NCBI GenBank assembly: GCA_977017575.1
Contig: CDRNVI010000047.1
Location: 124,001-188,000 of the forward strand
DNA: 64,000 bases
DNA from: Paramoeba atlantica
Taxonomy: Eukaryota > Protista > Discosea
Reading direction: 5' to 3'
Part shown: piece by piece, positions 36,818 to 46,983 of the stretch
How the letters are laid out: each line of letters begins with the position of its first letter
Position numbering within the stretch: the stretch's first letter is position 1
Program-made: the position numbers and the translations under genes
The notes under the pieces: generated by a model
Told to the model about the DNA's origin: nothing
Database searches by the model: none
What the model saw: the letters and a program-made list of their open reading frames with translations, nothing else

Positions 36818-37237
36818 ATGTACGCAAAGCCTGTTACTGGACCCTATATCTCCGGGGCAAACGCCGCTCCGGCCCAACCCACAGCACGGAATGATATGGG
36901 GGGGTGTATCCCCCGCATCACGCTAAACATGCTGCCTGATTTCTGTAACCAAACCGTCACGTTCTTCGGCCGTGCCACAGGAGTAGACCACGAGAACTGG
37001 AAAGTTCACACGGAGTGCCCACTTTCCAGCGAGACGCTCGTTCTCTCTGTGGAACAGGGTGACCCAGAGAAGTTGAAGTTCTCGGTGAACAACCAGTTTC
37101 TGCTAAAAGTCGGGAAGACACCTCAGGAGGTATCACTACTGGGCCACGTCTCCCTCACCGATAACTTTGATTTTGAAAGTTACAAGGGACTGATGCAACA
37201 CATGTGGGGACACACGGCGAATTTGTTTCACTCATAA
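36818..37237 (+). CDS. RPA3: Replication protein A 14-kDa subunit-like OB-fold protein
   Basis: PRITLNMLPDFCNQTVTFFGR and DNFDFESY..L match the RPA14 pattern. Confidence 0.7.
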   Translation: MYAKPVTGPYISGANAAPAQPTARNDMGGCIPRITLNMLPDFCNQTVTFFGRATGVDHENWKVHTECPLSSETLVLSVEQGDPEKLKFSVNNQFLLKVGKTPQEVSLLGHVSLTDNFDFESYKGLMQHMWGHTANLFHS

Positions 37238-37593
37238 GTTTCTGATCATTATGTACTAGGGTTTGTAGCGATGCTTTCACACACATATTGTAAATCACGT
37301 ACGCTACTGTGGTGTACTGTATATTCAATCAAAGATACGTATTCAGTAAATTAATTGGGGTGAAAGGGCACATTTCGAAAGCTGTGCTTCAAAATTCTGG
37401 CCGTCATCAAATGAGAGTCTTCTCGTGGATACTTAAAAATAGGCTTGTATATTCGTATTTATGTCTACTCAGCATTTTTTTTACATCACGACGTCATGGT
37501 TTGTGCTTGTTTGTACTGAAACTTTCTAGTCGGAAATATTTCCTTTTCTCACCCGCATGCTACCTTTTCTTTGCTAAACTTCCAACTTTCCCC

Positions 37594-38430
37594 ATGTCTC
37601 ATCCGGTTGCGATTGTCACAGGTGCCAACAAAGGCATAGGGTATTACATTGCACGAAATCTTGCTCGCAAGGGTTTCAAAATTGTTCTGGGGTGTCGATC
37701 ACTGCCCAATGCTCAGGCCGCGCGAGATCAACTCCTGCATGAGACACCCAACGCAGAGATAGAGTGTTTACCGGTAGATATTTCCAGCGAGAAAAGTGTG
37801 CGGGAGGCAGCCCACTTGTTCGAAGCTATGCAAAAAAGGACCTACCCTGCTCGTGATTTTCGTGTTCTCGTCAACAACGCGGGATTCGCCTATAAAACCG
37901 ACTCCACGGAGCCTTTTGCGACGCAGGCGAAAGTCACGGTAGACATCAATTTCTTTGGTACCCTACACATGTGTACGTATTTCACCCCACTGCTATCTAC
38001 AGAGGGGGATGTACGCGTGGTGAATGTATCCAGTCGTATCGGTCGACTCCGTCAACTCACCAGCTCTTCTCTACGCTCCCAAATGGACTCTCCCGATCTC
38101 TCCTTAGAGGCACTGAAAACGCTCATGGGTCAGTTTCAGTCCCTCGCACAGACCAACGACCACGCAGCCCAGGGTTGGTCCCAGTCCGCTTATGGTGTGA
38201 GTAAATTAGGGGTGAATGCCCTCACACGGGTCCTGGCGCGAAACCAAGCCTCTCACATCCACTACACCTGTTGCTGCCCCGGATGGTGTCGCACCGATAT
38301 GGCGGGGTGGGAAAATCCCCCGAAAAGTGCAGAGGAGGGAGCGGAGACTCCCACGTGGCTTGCTACCGCCCCGAGCGGCGACATAGGGAATGGAGCGTTC
38401 TACGGGGAGAAGGTCAAGCTACGGTTTTAA
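37594..38430 (+). CDS. Carbonyl reductase-like short-chain dehydrogenase/reductase
   Basis: VTGANKGIG, LVNNAG, YGVSK (YxxxK) and CCPGWCRTDMAG. ATG at 37594 follows a pyrimidine tract. Confidence 0.93.
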   Translation: MSHPVAIVTGANKGIGYYIARNLARKGFKIVLGCRSLPNAQAARDQLLHETPNAEIECLPVDISSEKSVREAAHLFEAMQKRTYPARDFRVLVNNAGFAYKTDSTEPFATQAKVTVDINFFGTLHMCTYFTPLLSTEGDVRVVNVSSRIGRLRQLTSSSLRSQMDSPDLSLEALKTLMGQFQSLAQTNDHAAQGWSQSAYGVSKLGVNALTRVLARNQASHIHYTCCCPGWCRTDMAGWENPPKSAEEGAETPTWLATAPSGDIGNGAFYGEKVKLRF

Positions 38431-38525
38431 TGGTAACGCATTTCTTTTCTCATGGGTAAATTCTTGTCCGCACATGTAAATATTCTGCTGTTCAATTCAA
38501 AGAACGATCAAGATGTATACATGGA

Positions 38526-39391
38526 TATTGCGGTGGTTGTAAAACTACCGCTCTACCCTCGATTATTGAAAAAAAAGAGAGCAAAAACAGTGAAAATATA
38601 AAGGGGAACACAGTAATATAATAGAAGAAAAAAATATCTCCGGTGGTCCAAAACTGAAAAAAAAATTGAAAAAAATAGGGGGCCAGGGGGGGGGGGTCAT
38701 GGTCGAGCAAATTTTTTCGAAAAAAATAGTTTTCGAAAAAAACCCGCAGAAAGGGTAGCCGGGGTCTTGGCGCGCATTTTCCACCCCCCTACCCGGGGGT
38801 GACCCCCCCGCGTATCCGCAGGACGGGTCCGCCAAGCTCGGAATTTTTCGGAAAAAAAATTTTGAAAAAAAATTCAACTTGGCGAAAAAAATGGCAAAAA
38901 AAATATTTTTCCAAAAACGTTTCCCCTATTGTATTTTGATAGTTTGGGACCTACACTAGCTTTCTCCGCAGTTGTTTTCGCAAGGTATCACTTCTTCTAA
39001 CCGTGGTGCGCCCCTCAAAATGACCCTTTTTGGGGTCATTTCAAAAAGGTAAAAAAGTATTTTTCGGACCTAAAGGGGCATTTTTGTGTCGAAAGATTGG
39101 TATGGTTGGAGTCGCATTCTCTACCCAATACGTTCGGTAGGCTTCCATTCATGCCTACGAGTGATTTCCCACGCGCAAATGTCGGATTTAGTGCTCTGAG
39201 AGCAAAAATATGCGAAAATCACCCCATTTTTACCCGAAATTCGGCTATTTTTGGCTATAATCTTTCCGTTTTCCAGGCTAAATTTTCTTTTTTAGGCTCT
39301 TCGTTAAACGCGGCGGTAGTTTTCAACTCGAAGCGCGCAGCATGAGTGACTTCTAAGTTGAAAACAACCACCGCGTTTAACGAAGAGCCTA
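38526..39391 (-). mobile_element. Element B, full-length copy (short hairpin end plus 99-bp palindrome A end)
   Basis: Near-identical to the reverse complement of 62845-63789. Other copies or fragments at ~23805-24291, 47298-47580, 50455-51619, 52990-53270 and 58793-59230. Confidence 0.85.
39293..39391. repeat. 99-bp palindrome family A
   Basis: ta|ggctcttcgttaaacgcgg...ccgcgtttaacgaagagcc|ta. Also at 51555 (partial), 51740-51838, 58509-58604, 59411-59509 and 62845-62943. Confidence 0.9.
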
Positions 39392-39502
39392 AAAAAGAAA
39401 TGCTACACGAGCTAATTTGTACAACCAAAAATTCTACTTATCCTTCCTTCAGATTTGAAAGCTTTCATTTTTCGAAATCTTTTTCACTGTTTAATCAGGT
39501 CA

Positions 39503-41530
39503 ATGATGCGCGTAAGTACCACTCTTCGCTATCTCCCGTTACAAGGTTTCTCTGGAAAGCCTTTTCATTATTCAGTTTCTCTTACTTTAGTCACTTCCGC
39601 AAAAGCACATCACTTCTCTTCTCCATATTGGATCACTTCACGGCAATTAGAATGGCTGACCGGAGGAAACGTTCAAATTAAGTCCGAGATCCCAGATTTC
39701 GGCACATCTGCAAATGAAACCGCGGATGGTAGTGTCAAGCAGCGAACTGTCGCATCACAAGCACTTAGCTACGTAGACTCACGGCCTATCCAATGGTACA
39801 ACCTTGACCAGACCACCAATCCTGAGCTCGCTCTCACGTATATCCGCAAGCACGCAGCCTACCTCCGTCACGCCAAGCCCTGTATCGACATCGCCACCCT
39901 ATCCCCCTTCCGCCCGGACGTCCAACGTATCCTCCACGCCGTCTCGGCACGAAAAAATCTCAACTCCCATCTCTGGATAGCCCAATCCGACCTCCCTCTC
40001 ATCGCCGACGGAACCCTCACCCCCATCCCCGGAGCCCACGGGGTATCCTTCCCCCGTAGTCCCCTCCTCCACCCCCGTACAACCCAAAGGGTACGTACCG
40101 TTACCCTGCTCCATGACACCTCATCTTCGCCTTCTTCTCCTTCTTCTTTTGATGCCGATGTTACATCTTCCCCATCGTCCACTCCTTCACCCTCTGACTC
40201 CTCCTCTATGGCTTCTTCCCCAGCTTCACCCCCTTCCTCTTCTTCACCCCCTTCCCCAGCTTCACCCCCTTCCCCAGCTTCACCCCCTCCCCCAGCTTCA
40301 CCCTCTTCTTCCCCAGCTTCACCCCCTTCCCCAGCTTCACCCCCTTCCCCAGCTTCACCCTCTTCCCCAGCTTCACCCCCTTCCCCAGCTTCACCCCCTT
40401 CCTTCACGCACTCCCCCACCGCCCCCTGCACGCTCTACCCCCTCGCGGCCCTCTCCCACCCCCCCGCGGCCCTCTCCCACGCCCGCCACCGCGTCGCGCG
40501 CTCCGCCCTCACCAACGCCCCCCTCCCCTGCCCCCCCACCCAGCACGCCCTGCGCGGGTTCGCGAGGCGCCACGGCCTGCGCTCCCCGCACTGGATCTCC
40601 CCCGACGCCCTGCGCCGCGTCTACGGCGCCAGCCTCGGGGTAAGCCCCGACGCCGTACGGTGTGTGCTGCGGGTCGTAACGTGTGCGGGGAGTCGGGGGG
40701 AGAAGACAAAGAGGGGGGCCGAAAAGGGTGGGACCACGGAGGAGGGGGATAAGACAGGGGAGGGGGGGGAGGGGGAGAAAAGGGAAGGGGGGAAGACGAC
40801 GACCACTACACGTGTGATCCGTTTGTATAATGCGGAGCACACGACGGGGAAGGAGACGTTATGTGCCCGAGCCCGTCGTGGGGGAATGATTCAGTATGCT
40901 ACGGGAAAACTCATGAGGTTGAGCGCCCAGGCCGTGTTGTGGGAGGAGGCTGAACGACAAGGGTACCGCAGTAATGTGTGGCTCCGGAAGAGGGAGTTGG
41001 GGCGTGAGGGGAAGGGAGTAGTGGAGTTGAAACCCGGGATGACAGGGGTTGTGTTGTCGAGGAAGGCGACGAAAGGGGGAGAAAATGAAGCAAAAGAAGG
41101 GATGGAGGATGGAGGTGAAGGGGATGCGGTTCCGGAACAAGGAGTGGAATGGTTTAATGCCGATCAAACGACATGTCCACACGCTGTGATCCATGGGGCG
41201 AGGAAGAATGCGGAAATGGGGAGCGCAACACGTGTGATGCGCAGTGGGTATTGCGGTACGGTGTACCCCAGAGCAGTACAGCGCATACTACGCAAGAAGG
41301 CGCAGAAGAAAAGGTTTTACTCTTGTTATTGGGTCACAGTGTCCCAGATGCGACGTTTCTCGCCGGAACTGAAGAAGAGAGACGGGGAAGAGGGGATCAG
41401 GTTCCTTGCAACGTGCAAGGACAAAGAAGAGAAGGTCCCGTATTTGTTGTTTAATGCCGCTCAGTTGGATAACCGATCTGTACTCAACGAACACGTGAAG
41501 AATCTGAACGAACAAAACGCTTGTGGGTGA
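39503..41530 (+). CDS. Tc38/RBP38-family (ArdC-N-like) ssDNA/RNA-binding protein with ~5 tandem domains
   Basis: Repeated G..(F/Y)....Q..L...A...G(Y/F).S..W....(Y/F)NA.Q motifs. MMRVSTTLRY resembles a mitochondrial leader. An 18-bp SPASPP repeat insert lies at ~40210-40400. Confidence 0.75.
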   Translation: MMRVSTTLRYLPLQGFSGKPFHYSVSLTLVTSAKAHHFSSPYWITSRQLEWLTGGNVQIKSEIPDFGTSANETADGSVKQRTVASQALSYVDSRPIQWYNLDQTTNPELALTYIRKHAAYLRHAKPCIDIATLSPFRPDVQRILHAVSARKNLNSHLWIAQSDLPLIADGTLTPIPGAHGVSFPRSPLLHPRTTQRVRTVTLLHDTSSSPSSPSSFDADVTSSPSSTPSPSDSSSMASSPASPPSSSSPPSPASPPSPASPPPPASPSSSPASPPSPASPPSPASPSSPASPPSPASPPSFTHSPTAPCTLYPLAALSHPPAALSHARHRVARSALTNAPLPCPPTQHALRGFARRHGLRSPHWISPDALRRVYGASLGVSPDAVRCVLRVVTCAGSRGEKTKRGAEKGGTTEEGDKTGEGGEGEKREGGKTTTTTRVIRLYNAEHTTGKETLCARARRGGMIQYATGKLMRLSAQAVLWEEAERQGYRSNVWLRKRELGREGKGVVELKPGMTGVVLSRKATKGGENEAKEGMEDGGEGDAVPEQGVEWFNADQTTCPHAVIHGARKNAEMGSATRVMRSGYCGTVYPRAVQRILRKKAQKKRFYSCYWVTVSQMRRFSPELKKRDGEEGIRFLATCKDKEEKVPYLLFNAAQLDNRSVLNEHVKNLNEQNACG

Positions 41531-41864
41531 ATTCGGTATTATTTCTTCTTGCTTTATTCTCCGGGTTTTCTTGATGTAATCACGTGAATTTCTACGATTC
41601 TTCAGGAATATGTAAACTTGATCTTGTTTTCTTGCCACTTTCTTAGGACCTGCTTTTTCTTAGGATCTGCTTTTTCTTAGGACCTGCTGTCTGTTTTCTT
41701 CTAAATATTTTTCACTGGCATGCATTGATTCGAATTTTGTTGAAATTGTTTTGATGGAATTGCCTCCGACGGAAACTTGTTTGCGCACATTTTCTTTTGA
41801 TTTTTGATATTTCAACTTATTTTTTTTTTGAAATTCACTCGCCCGTTCTCATTATTTTCTGTAG

Positions 41865-42968
41865 ATGCCTTTTATACAAACAAATAATTTTTCACAAACA
41901 AATAGTTCTTGCTATAATTTAAACCTGATGACAAGTGAAGAATATAGTTTTGTGCGTCAAAATTTGGTTCCTTTCAAAGTTGCAGAAAATGAAAGAAAGC
42001 ACTTTTCATCTTCTTCTTCTTCAGAAGAAAAAGTAAGGGAAATTTGTGAAAAAAATGTCTCTTACTGGGAGGTCTACGGTAATGATCAAACCACATACAT
42101 CATCAAACCACGATATATCTTTGCTTCAAGGTATCATTTTGCACGTACTAAATGCCATATGATTCTCGTTCCACTGTATACCACGGATGTTCCTAACAAG
42201 AATCGCGGTCCATGCAAGGTAAGAGGAGCACTTTTACCTCAGGAATATAACCTTGCGCATGTTATAGAAGATCTTGAAAATCCGCACCCTTCATGGAGTA
42301 CTTCATCGCATGCGTGTATGTGGAAAGGCATACGATGCGAAACTGAAAAGGTTTCAGTCATTCTCTGGCATGGCATGAAGTTATCCGGCCATTTAAAGTT
42401 CAATTGGTTGCCGAGAACGCTGGTTGATATTTACATGCGGAGCAATCGATTAAGCGGATCGGTGCACCTTAGTTCACTTCCAGCCTCACTAAAAATTTTA
42501 TCGCTGTCACAGAATTCGTTTACCGAAACTTTGGATTTCAGCCAACTGCCCGGCAATTTACAAGTTATTGACTTGGGCCATAACCAGTTTGAAGGAAATG
42601 TCGAATTAGGTTCTTTTCCTCTCACGCTCACAGAATTAGATGTCAGTCACAACAAGTTATCGGGAAGTGTATATTTCTCCTCTTTGCCACCAGGTATTAA
42701 TCTCATGTATTTAGAGCATAACAGGTTTACAGGAACGCCTGATTTAGAGCACTTATCGTCTTCTCTGGAGGAAATCACCATAAATAATAATTCTTTTTCT
42801 GGTATATTGCAACTTGATATGCTTAGACTTGATACAATGGCCTTAAACGTTTTATGGCTGCACAACAATCCAGAGCTCCATATGAATAATAACGTTTTTT
42901 GGGAGAAACTTTCGAATAAGTTGTCGGATTTTCAATATGATGATACGCAACTACTGCCAGAATCGTAA
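41865..42968 (+). CDS. Leucine-rich repeat protein (paralogue 3)
   Basis: ACMWKGIRC cap plus LRRs. ATG directly follows ttttctgtAG. An alternative start lies at 42159. Confidence 0.9.
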   Translation: MPFIQTNNFSQTNSSCYNLNLMTSEEYSFVRQNLVPFKVAENERKHFSSSSSSEEKVREICEKNVSYWEVYGNDQTTYIIKPRYIFASRYHFARTKCHMILVPLYTTDVPNKNRGPCKVRGALLPQEYNLAHVIEDLENPHPSWSTSSHACMWKGIRCETEKVSVILWHGMKLSGHLKFNWLPRTLVDIYMRSNRLSGSVHLSSLPASLKILSLSQNSFTETLDFSQLPGNLQVIDLGHNQFEGNVELGSFPLTLTELDVSHNKLSGSVYFSSLPPGINLMYLEHNRFTGTPDLEHLSSSLEEITINNNSFSGILQLDMLRLDTMALNVLWLHNNPELHMNNNVFWEKLSNKLSDFQYDDTQLLPES

Positions 42969-43212
42969 AGTTTTTTTAGAGTTCATATGACAAAAAAGGG
43001 GGTTCCGTTTCGCAATAGACCTTACTATCTCGGAGTAGATCTTATTCTCGCATTAGATCGTATTATAACAGATACTTTAACGATGAAGATCTTATTCGTA
43101 CTTTTATTGATGTACTTTTGTTAATGGTACTAATAAGTTAATGACTTAAATACGTACTAGTAGGTCGTAGCAACTTCACGCTTCCTCATATCTCATAATT
43201 TCACAAATTGTA

Positions 43213-43899
43213 ATGTCCAACTTTGCCGTACAACTGAAGATTACTGTGGAAGACTGCCGTCCCCCAATCTGGCGAAGAGTCATCATGAAAACATCCGACT
43301 CTCTCTCCGATCTCCACGAGATCATTCAACGGGCATTTGGATGGCTCGATTATCACTTGCACTCCTTTACCATCCTCAAACAAGATTACATGCCGATAAA
43401 TCACCCAGCCTATTGTGATCTCAAGGACTCGGATATGGGGATTCTGTGCGAGAGCGACATCATCCTTAGCCATGTGATCTTATTGAATGTGAAACAATTC
43501 CGGTACAACTACGACTTTGGAGATGATTGGTACCACGCGGTACAAATCGAAAAAGTTCTCCCGTTGGACTCTTCTGTTCAATATCCAATTTGCATAAAAG
43601 GAAAGCGAGCTCGTCCCCCTGAAGACTGTGGTGGGTGCTGGGGATACGACGAGCTCATCCAAGCGATGAAAAAGCCGGACAGCTCGAAGAAGAAGAAGGA
43701 ACTCGTAGATTGGCTAGGGGGGCCTTTCGATGCTGAGGCGTTTAGCCTGGAGGAGACTAATGCACGTCTGGCTACTCTTCATGAGTCTAACTCCCGAGGC
43801 GCCGCACCAAAGAAGACAAAAAAAAGCAAAGGAAAAGGAAAAAAGGGGAAGGATGACGCGGAGGCCGAAACAGGGTCAAAGCGAAGCTCCCGTAGATGA
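43213..43899 (+). CDS. Plasmid pRiA4b ORF3-like family protein
   Basis: QLKI...PPIWRR...LSDLHEIIQRAFGW..YHLHSF, YNYDFGDDWYH, G.RARPPEDCGG.WGY and FDAEAFSLEETNARL. Confidence 0.9.
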   Translation: MSNFAVQLKITVEDCRPPIWRRVIMKTSDSLSDLHEIIQRAFGWLDYHLHSFTILKQDYMPINHPAYCDLKDSDMGILCESDIILSHVILLNVKQFRYNYDFGDDWYHAVQIEKVLPLDSSVQYPICIKGKRARPPEDCGGCWGYDELIQAMKKPDSSKKKKELVDWLGGPFDAEAFSLEETNARLATLHESNSRGAAPKKTKKSKGKGKKGKDDAEAETGSKRSSRR

Positions 43900-44490
43900 A
43901 TTTCTTTTATCGAGGTGTACGATAGCAGATGGAATACATGTGTGTTCATATCCTTTGAAGTGGTCTTGCAGATAAGAAGAGTGTACATAAATAAAAATGG
44001 TCTGTTGTGGCACTCAGAGGTGTACATAGGACTTATGTTTCTCATGCGTGGTACAGTGCTAATGTTTGAAAATGTAAGTATTTGTATTTCAATTCTCTCT
44101 ATTTAACCATTACGTTGGTGTTTTCAAAATACAAAAAACTTCACAGTAGCTGCTTTGTACGTGTACACGGTAGAGTATGTGCATACACTTCTATTGTTGA
44201 TGAATCGTTAGTTAAACCTTAAAAGGGTGTCGTTTATAGCACTACGTTTTAATCAAGTATTTTGTAGAAGTATTTTGTGTTTTGGCACATTCCGTTCTCA
44301 AAATTACTCTATTTTCATCGTATAATTTCAAAAACAAATAGCACGACTACGCTTTCCTTATCTCACACATGCACGACGGAACCACCCTACCCACCTCATG
44401 ACCTCTCCGTAATACTCCACGACTACCCTATCCTCTCCCCCTACCCCCACATCCCCCCCTTCCCCCTTCCACTTTCTTACCTACATGTAA

Positions 44491-46032
44491 ATGCGGCCCT
44501 ATCTTATTCTCCTCCTCCTACCCCTTCTTCTGTCCAGCGACGTTTCTTCCCCCGCCCAGCCTCACCCCCCCGACACCCGCGCCGAGGTTCTCGAGCTCTT
44601 CAACCACGCGTACGACAGCTACAAGTCCCACGGCTTCCCCTTCGATGAGATCCGGCCCTGCAGCTGCCGCGGGGTCGACACCCTCTGCGGGTGTGCGCTG
44701 ACGCTCATCGACGCCCTCCCCTCCCTGGCCGTGGTGGGGCGACACGAGGCGTTCCGGCACGACGTGAAATGGGTCACGGAGAATGTGCGTTTCGACCAGA
44801 ACCGGCAGGTCTCGGTGTTCGAGGTGAATATTCGAGTCCTGGGTGGACTGCTGAGCGCACACTTGATGTATGAGGAGGGGGTGGTGGTTGTGGACCCCGG
44901 GGTGGATGACTACAAGGGAGGACTGCTTTTGTTAGCGAAAGATCTTGCGAATCGTCTGTTGCGCGCGTTTGACACCCCTACGGGGATACCGTTTGGTTCG
45001 GTGAACCTGCGGCATGGTGTTCATGTACGGGAGACCTCTGAGACTGCGACTGCGGCGGGTGGGACATTCCTGCTGGAGTTTGGTGTTCTGAGTGCGCTCA
45101 CGGGGGATATGCGATACGCTGAGGCCGCGCGGAGGGCCTCCCAGGCGTTGTTTTACTTCCGCAGTCCGCTGGGGCTTCTCGGTAATCACATAAACATCAC
45201 CACCGGGGAATGGACCCAGACGGTCGCCACCGTCGGTACTTCCGTAGACAGTTACCTCGAGTACCTCTTCAAGGCCTATGTGCTTTTTGAGGAGGTCGAA
45301 TTCCTGTGTATGTACCGTAACCTCACATCCGCAGTCGAGAGGTATCTTCGACGTGGAGGGTGGTACCTGGATGTGGAGATGGAGTCTGGAATTCTTAACC
45401 GTCCCGTTGCCAACGCCCTCGGATTTTTTTACCCCGGACTCCGAGCCTTTGCCGGGGTGTCGCCACGGTGTGTGTGGGACACCGTTGAAGCCCCTCTAGG
45501 GGTGTGGAAACGGTTTGGGGCCACTCCAGAGGGGTGGGATGTATGGGCCGGGGAGCCTGCAGAGGGCCAGGAGGGGTATCCCCTGCGTCCGGAGCTAGCC
45601 GAGTCGCTCTATCACCTCTACCGTACCACACGGGACCCCTACTATCGTACCCAGGCGACGTATCTTGTCCACACCCTGCGGAACCGTACCCGTGTGAGGT
45701 GCGGGTTGAGTGCGTTACCGGATGTGCGGAATAACACTTACAGCGATCACATGGAGTCGTTTGTGCTCAGCGAGACGCTGTTGTATCTCTATCTTGTGTT
45801 CGACGAGGATAATGTCTTGCATCACCGTCCGTATGTGTTCAGCACGGAGGGACATCCGTTTCCTGTGTCTCAGCGGTTTATCCTGCGTGATCTGTGGAAC
45901 TCGACCTCGATGGAGGAAATGTGGGAGTACTGTGGGTCATTGAGTGTAAGAGACTTTCAGTCCCCACAGCTGACCGCGGAGGAAATGATGAGCGTGGAGG
46001 GAGTGAGGCTAGGTACTGGCGTTCGGTGTTGA
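44491..46032 (+). CDS. EDEM-like glycoside hydrolase family 47 alpha-mannosidase
   Basis: Signal peptide, then LTLIDAL, FEVNIRVLGGLLSAH, DSYLEYLFKAY, LRPELAES, ESFVLSETL.YLYL and FSTEGHP. Confidence 0.95.
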   Translation: MRPYLILLLLPLLLSSDVSSPAQPHPPDTRAEVLELFNHAYDSYKSHGFPFDEIRPCSCRGVDTLCGCALTLIDALPSLAVVGRHEAFRHDVKWVTENVRFDQNRQVSVFEVNIRVLGGLLSAHLMYEEGVVVVDPGVDDYKGGLLLLAKDLANRLLRAFDTPTGIPFGSVNLRHGVHVRETSETATAAGGTFLLEFGVLSALTGDMRYAEAARRASQALFYFRSPLGLLGNHINITTGEWTQTVATVGTSVDSYLEYLFKAYVLFEEVEFLCMYRNLTSAVERYLRRGGWYLDVEMESGILNRPVANALGFFYPGLRAFAGVSPRCVWDTVEAPLGVWKRFGATPEGWDVWAGEPAEGQEGYPLRPELAESLYHLYRTTRDPYYRTQATYLVHTLRNRTRVRCGLSALPDVRNNTYSDHMESFVLSETLLYLYLVFDEDNVLHHRPYVFSTEGHPFPVSQRFILRDLWNSTSMEEMWEYCGSLSVRDFQSPQLTAEEMMSVEGVRLGTGVRC

Positions 46033-46860
46033 TTGTCGTGTGAGGAGATTATCCCCCCCGTTACCCTCCCCCTACCATTACCCCTACCGTTACCTCCCTA
46101 GACTTATCCTAGTACGTAACTTATCCTTTTTTTTTTACCAAAAAAAAAAGTTAAAATATTACTTTTCCAAAATCGACTTCTAAAGCGTATTTTGAGGGTT
46201 TGGGACCGGAGCACCCAGACTGCACAGATTCCCCACCCAAATTGCAAAAAAAATCGGTGCGGGTTCGGCATCGTCTGAGACGGAGACCTTCTCGAGCTCA
46301 AGTTTTTTTGTGCCTGAAAAACAGTCGCGAAACGTCAAGTGTGATTTGTAATAACTATTAGAGTACATGTAAAGCGCAAAAACACTGCGTTTTACGTTAC
46401 ATTTTGCTCGTTAAACGTACTTTTTCGGACCAAAATGGTTCATTTTGACACCAAATAGAAAGCGCGGGTTCGCCGCGGGTTCGATGATGTATATCCGCAG
46501 CCCCTCAATAGATTTACATTGCGGAAAATCCAGGTTTTCCTTTTCCTGTGACAAGAGTTTTGATAAACGAGTTCCTACACAGCGAGGAAAAAGAGAAGGG
46601 TGCTCTGCAAATTGGTTCCGCAGCATTTGTAGACCAGCAGTTGAGCACTCTACCCATCCTCCCGATGTAGCTGTTTTTAGTCGCGCCATATAAAGCGTAT
46701 TCTTCCGAGCGCCTTCTATAATTCGCACAAAAGACTGCAATTGATTTCAAAAGTGATTCCCAAAAAAACGTATACTCCCCATCTGTTTAATTTTGATAAA
46801 TGGACTTTTTTATCTTTTATCCCAACTAATGATTCATTAAAAAATTATTTTTTTGATAAG

Positions 46861-46983
46861 TGAGGGGCTGCAGGTGAAACCTCGCGAAACTTCGTGAAAC
46901 TTCGCGAAACCTCGGTGAAACCTCGTGAAACTTCGCGAAATCTCGGTGAAACCTCGTAAAACCTAGCCACCCGCAGCCCATCA
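46861..46983. mobile_element. Mini-element family D (TGAGGGGCTGC TIRs, internal 10-bp repeats)
   Basis: tgaggggctgcaggtg ... cacccgcagcccatca, with internal (gaaac[ct]tcg[ct]) repeats. Confidence 0.7.

Noticed and set aside
37309-37593. N-terminal extension of the SDR ORF in the track
   Set aside because: GTG-started, AT-rich UTR-like sequence. Homology begins at ATG 37594.
39097-39681. Recurrent short ORFs (MVWLESHS..., MTSKLKTTTAFNEEP...) also at 51341, 51793 and 62891
   Set aside because: Translations of non-coding element B and palindrome A, with variable stops between copies.
41635-41690. Three copies of ttttcttagga(c/t)ctgc
   Set aside because: An ordinary short tandem repeat with no further structure.
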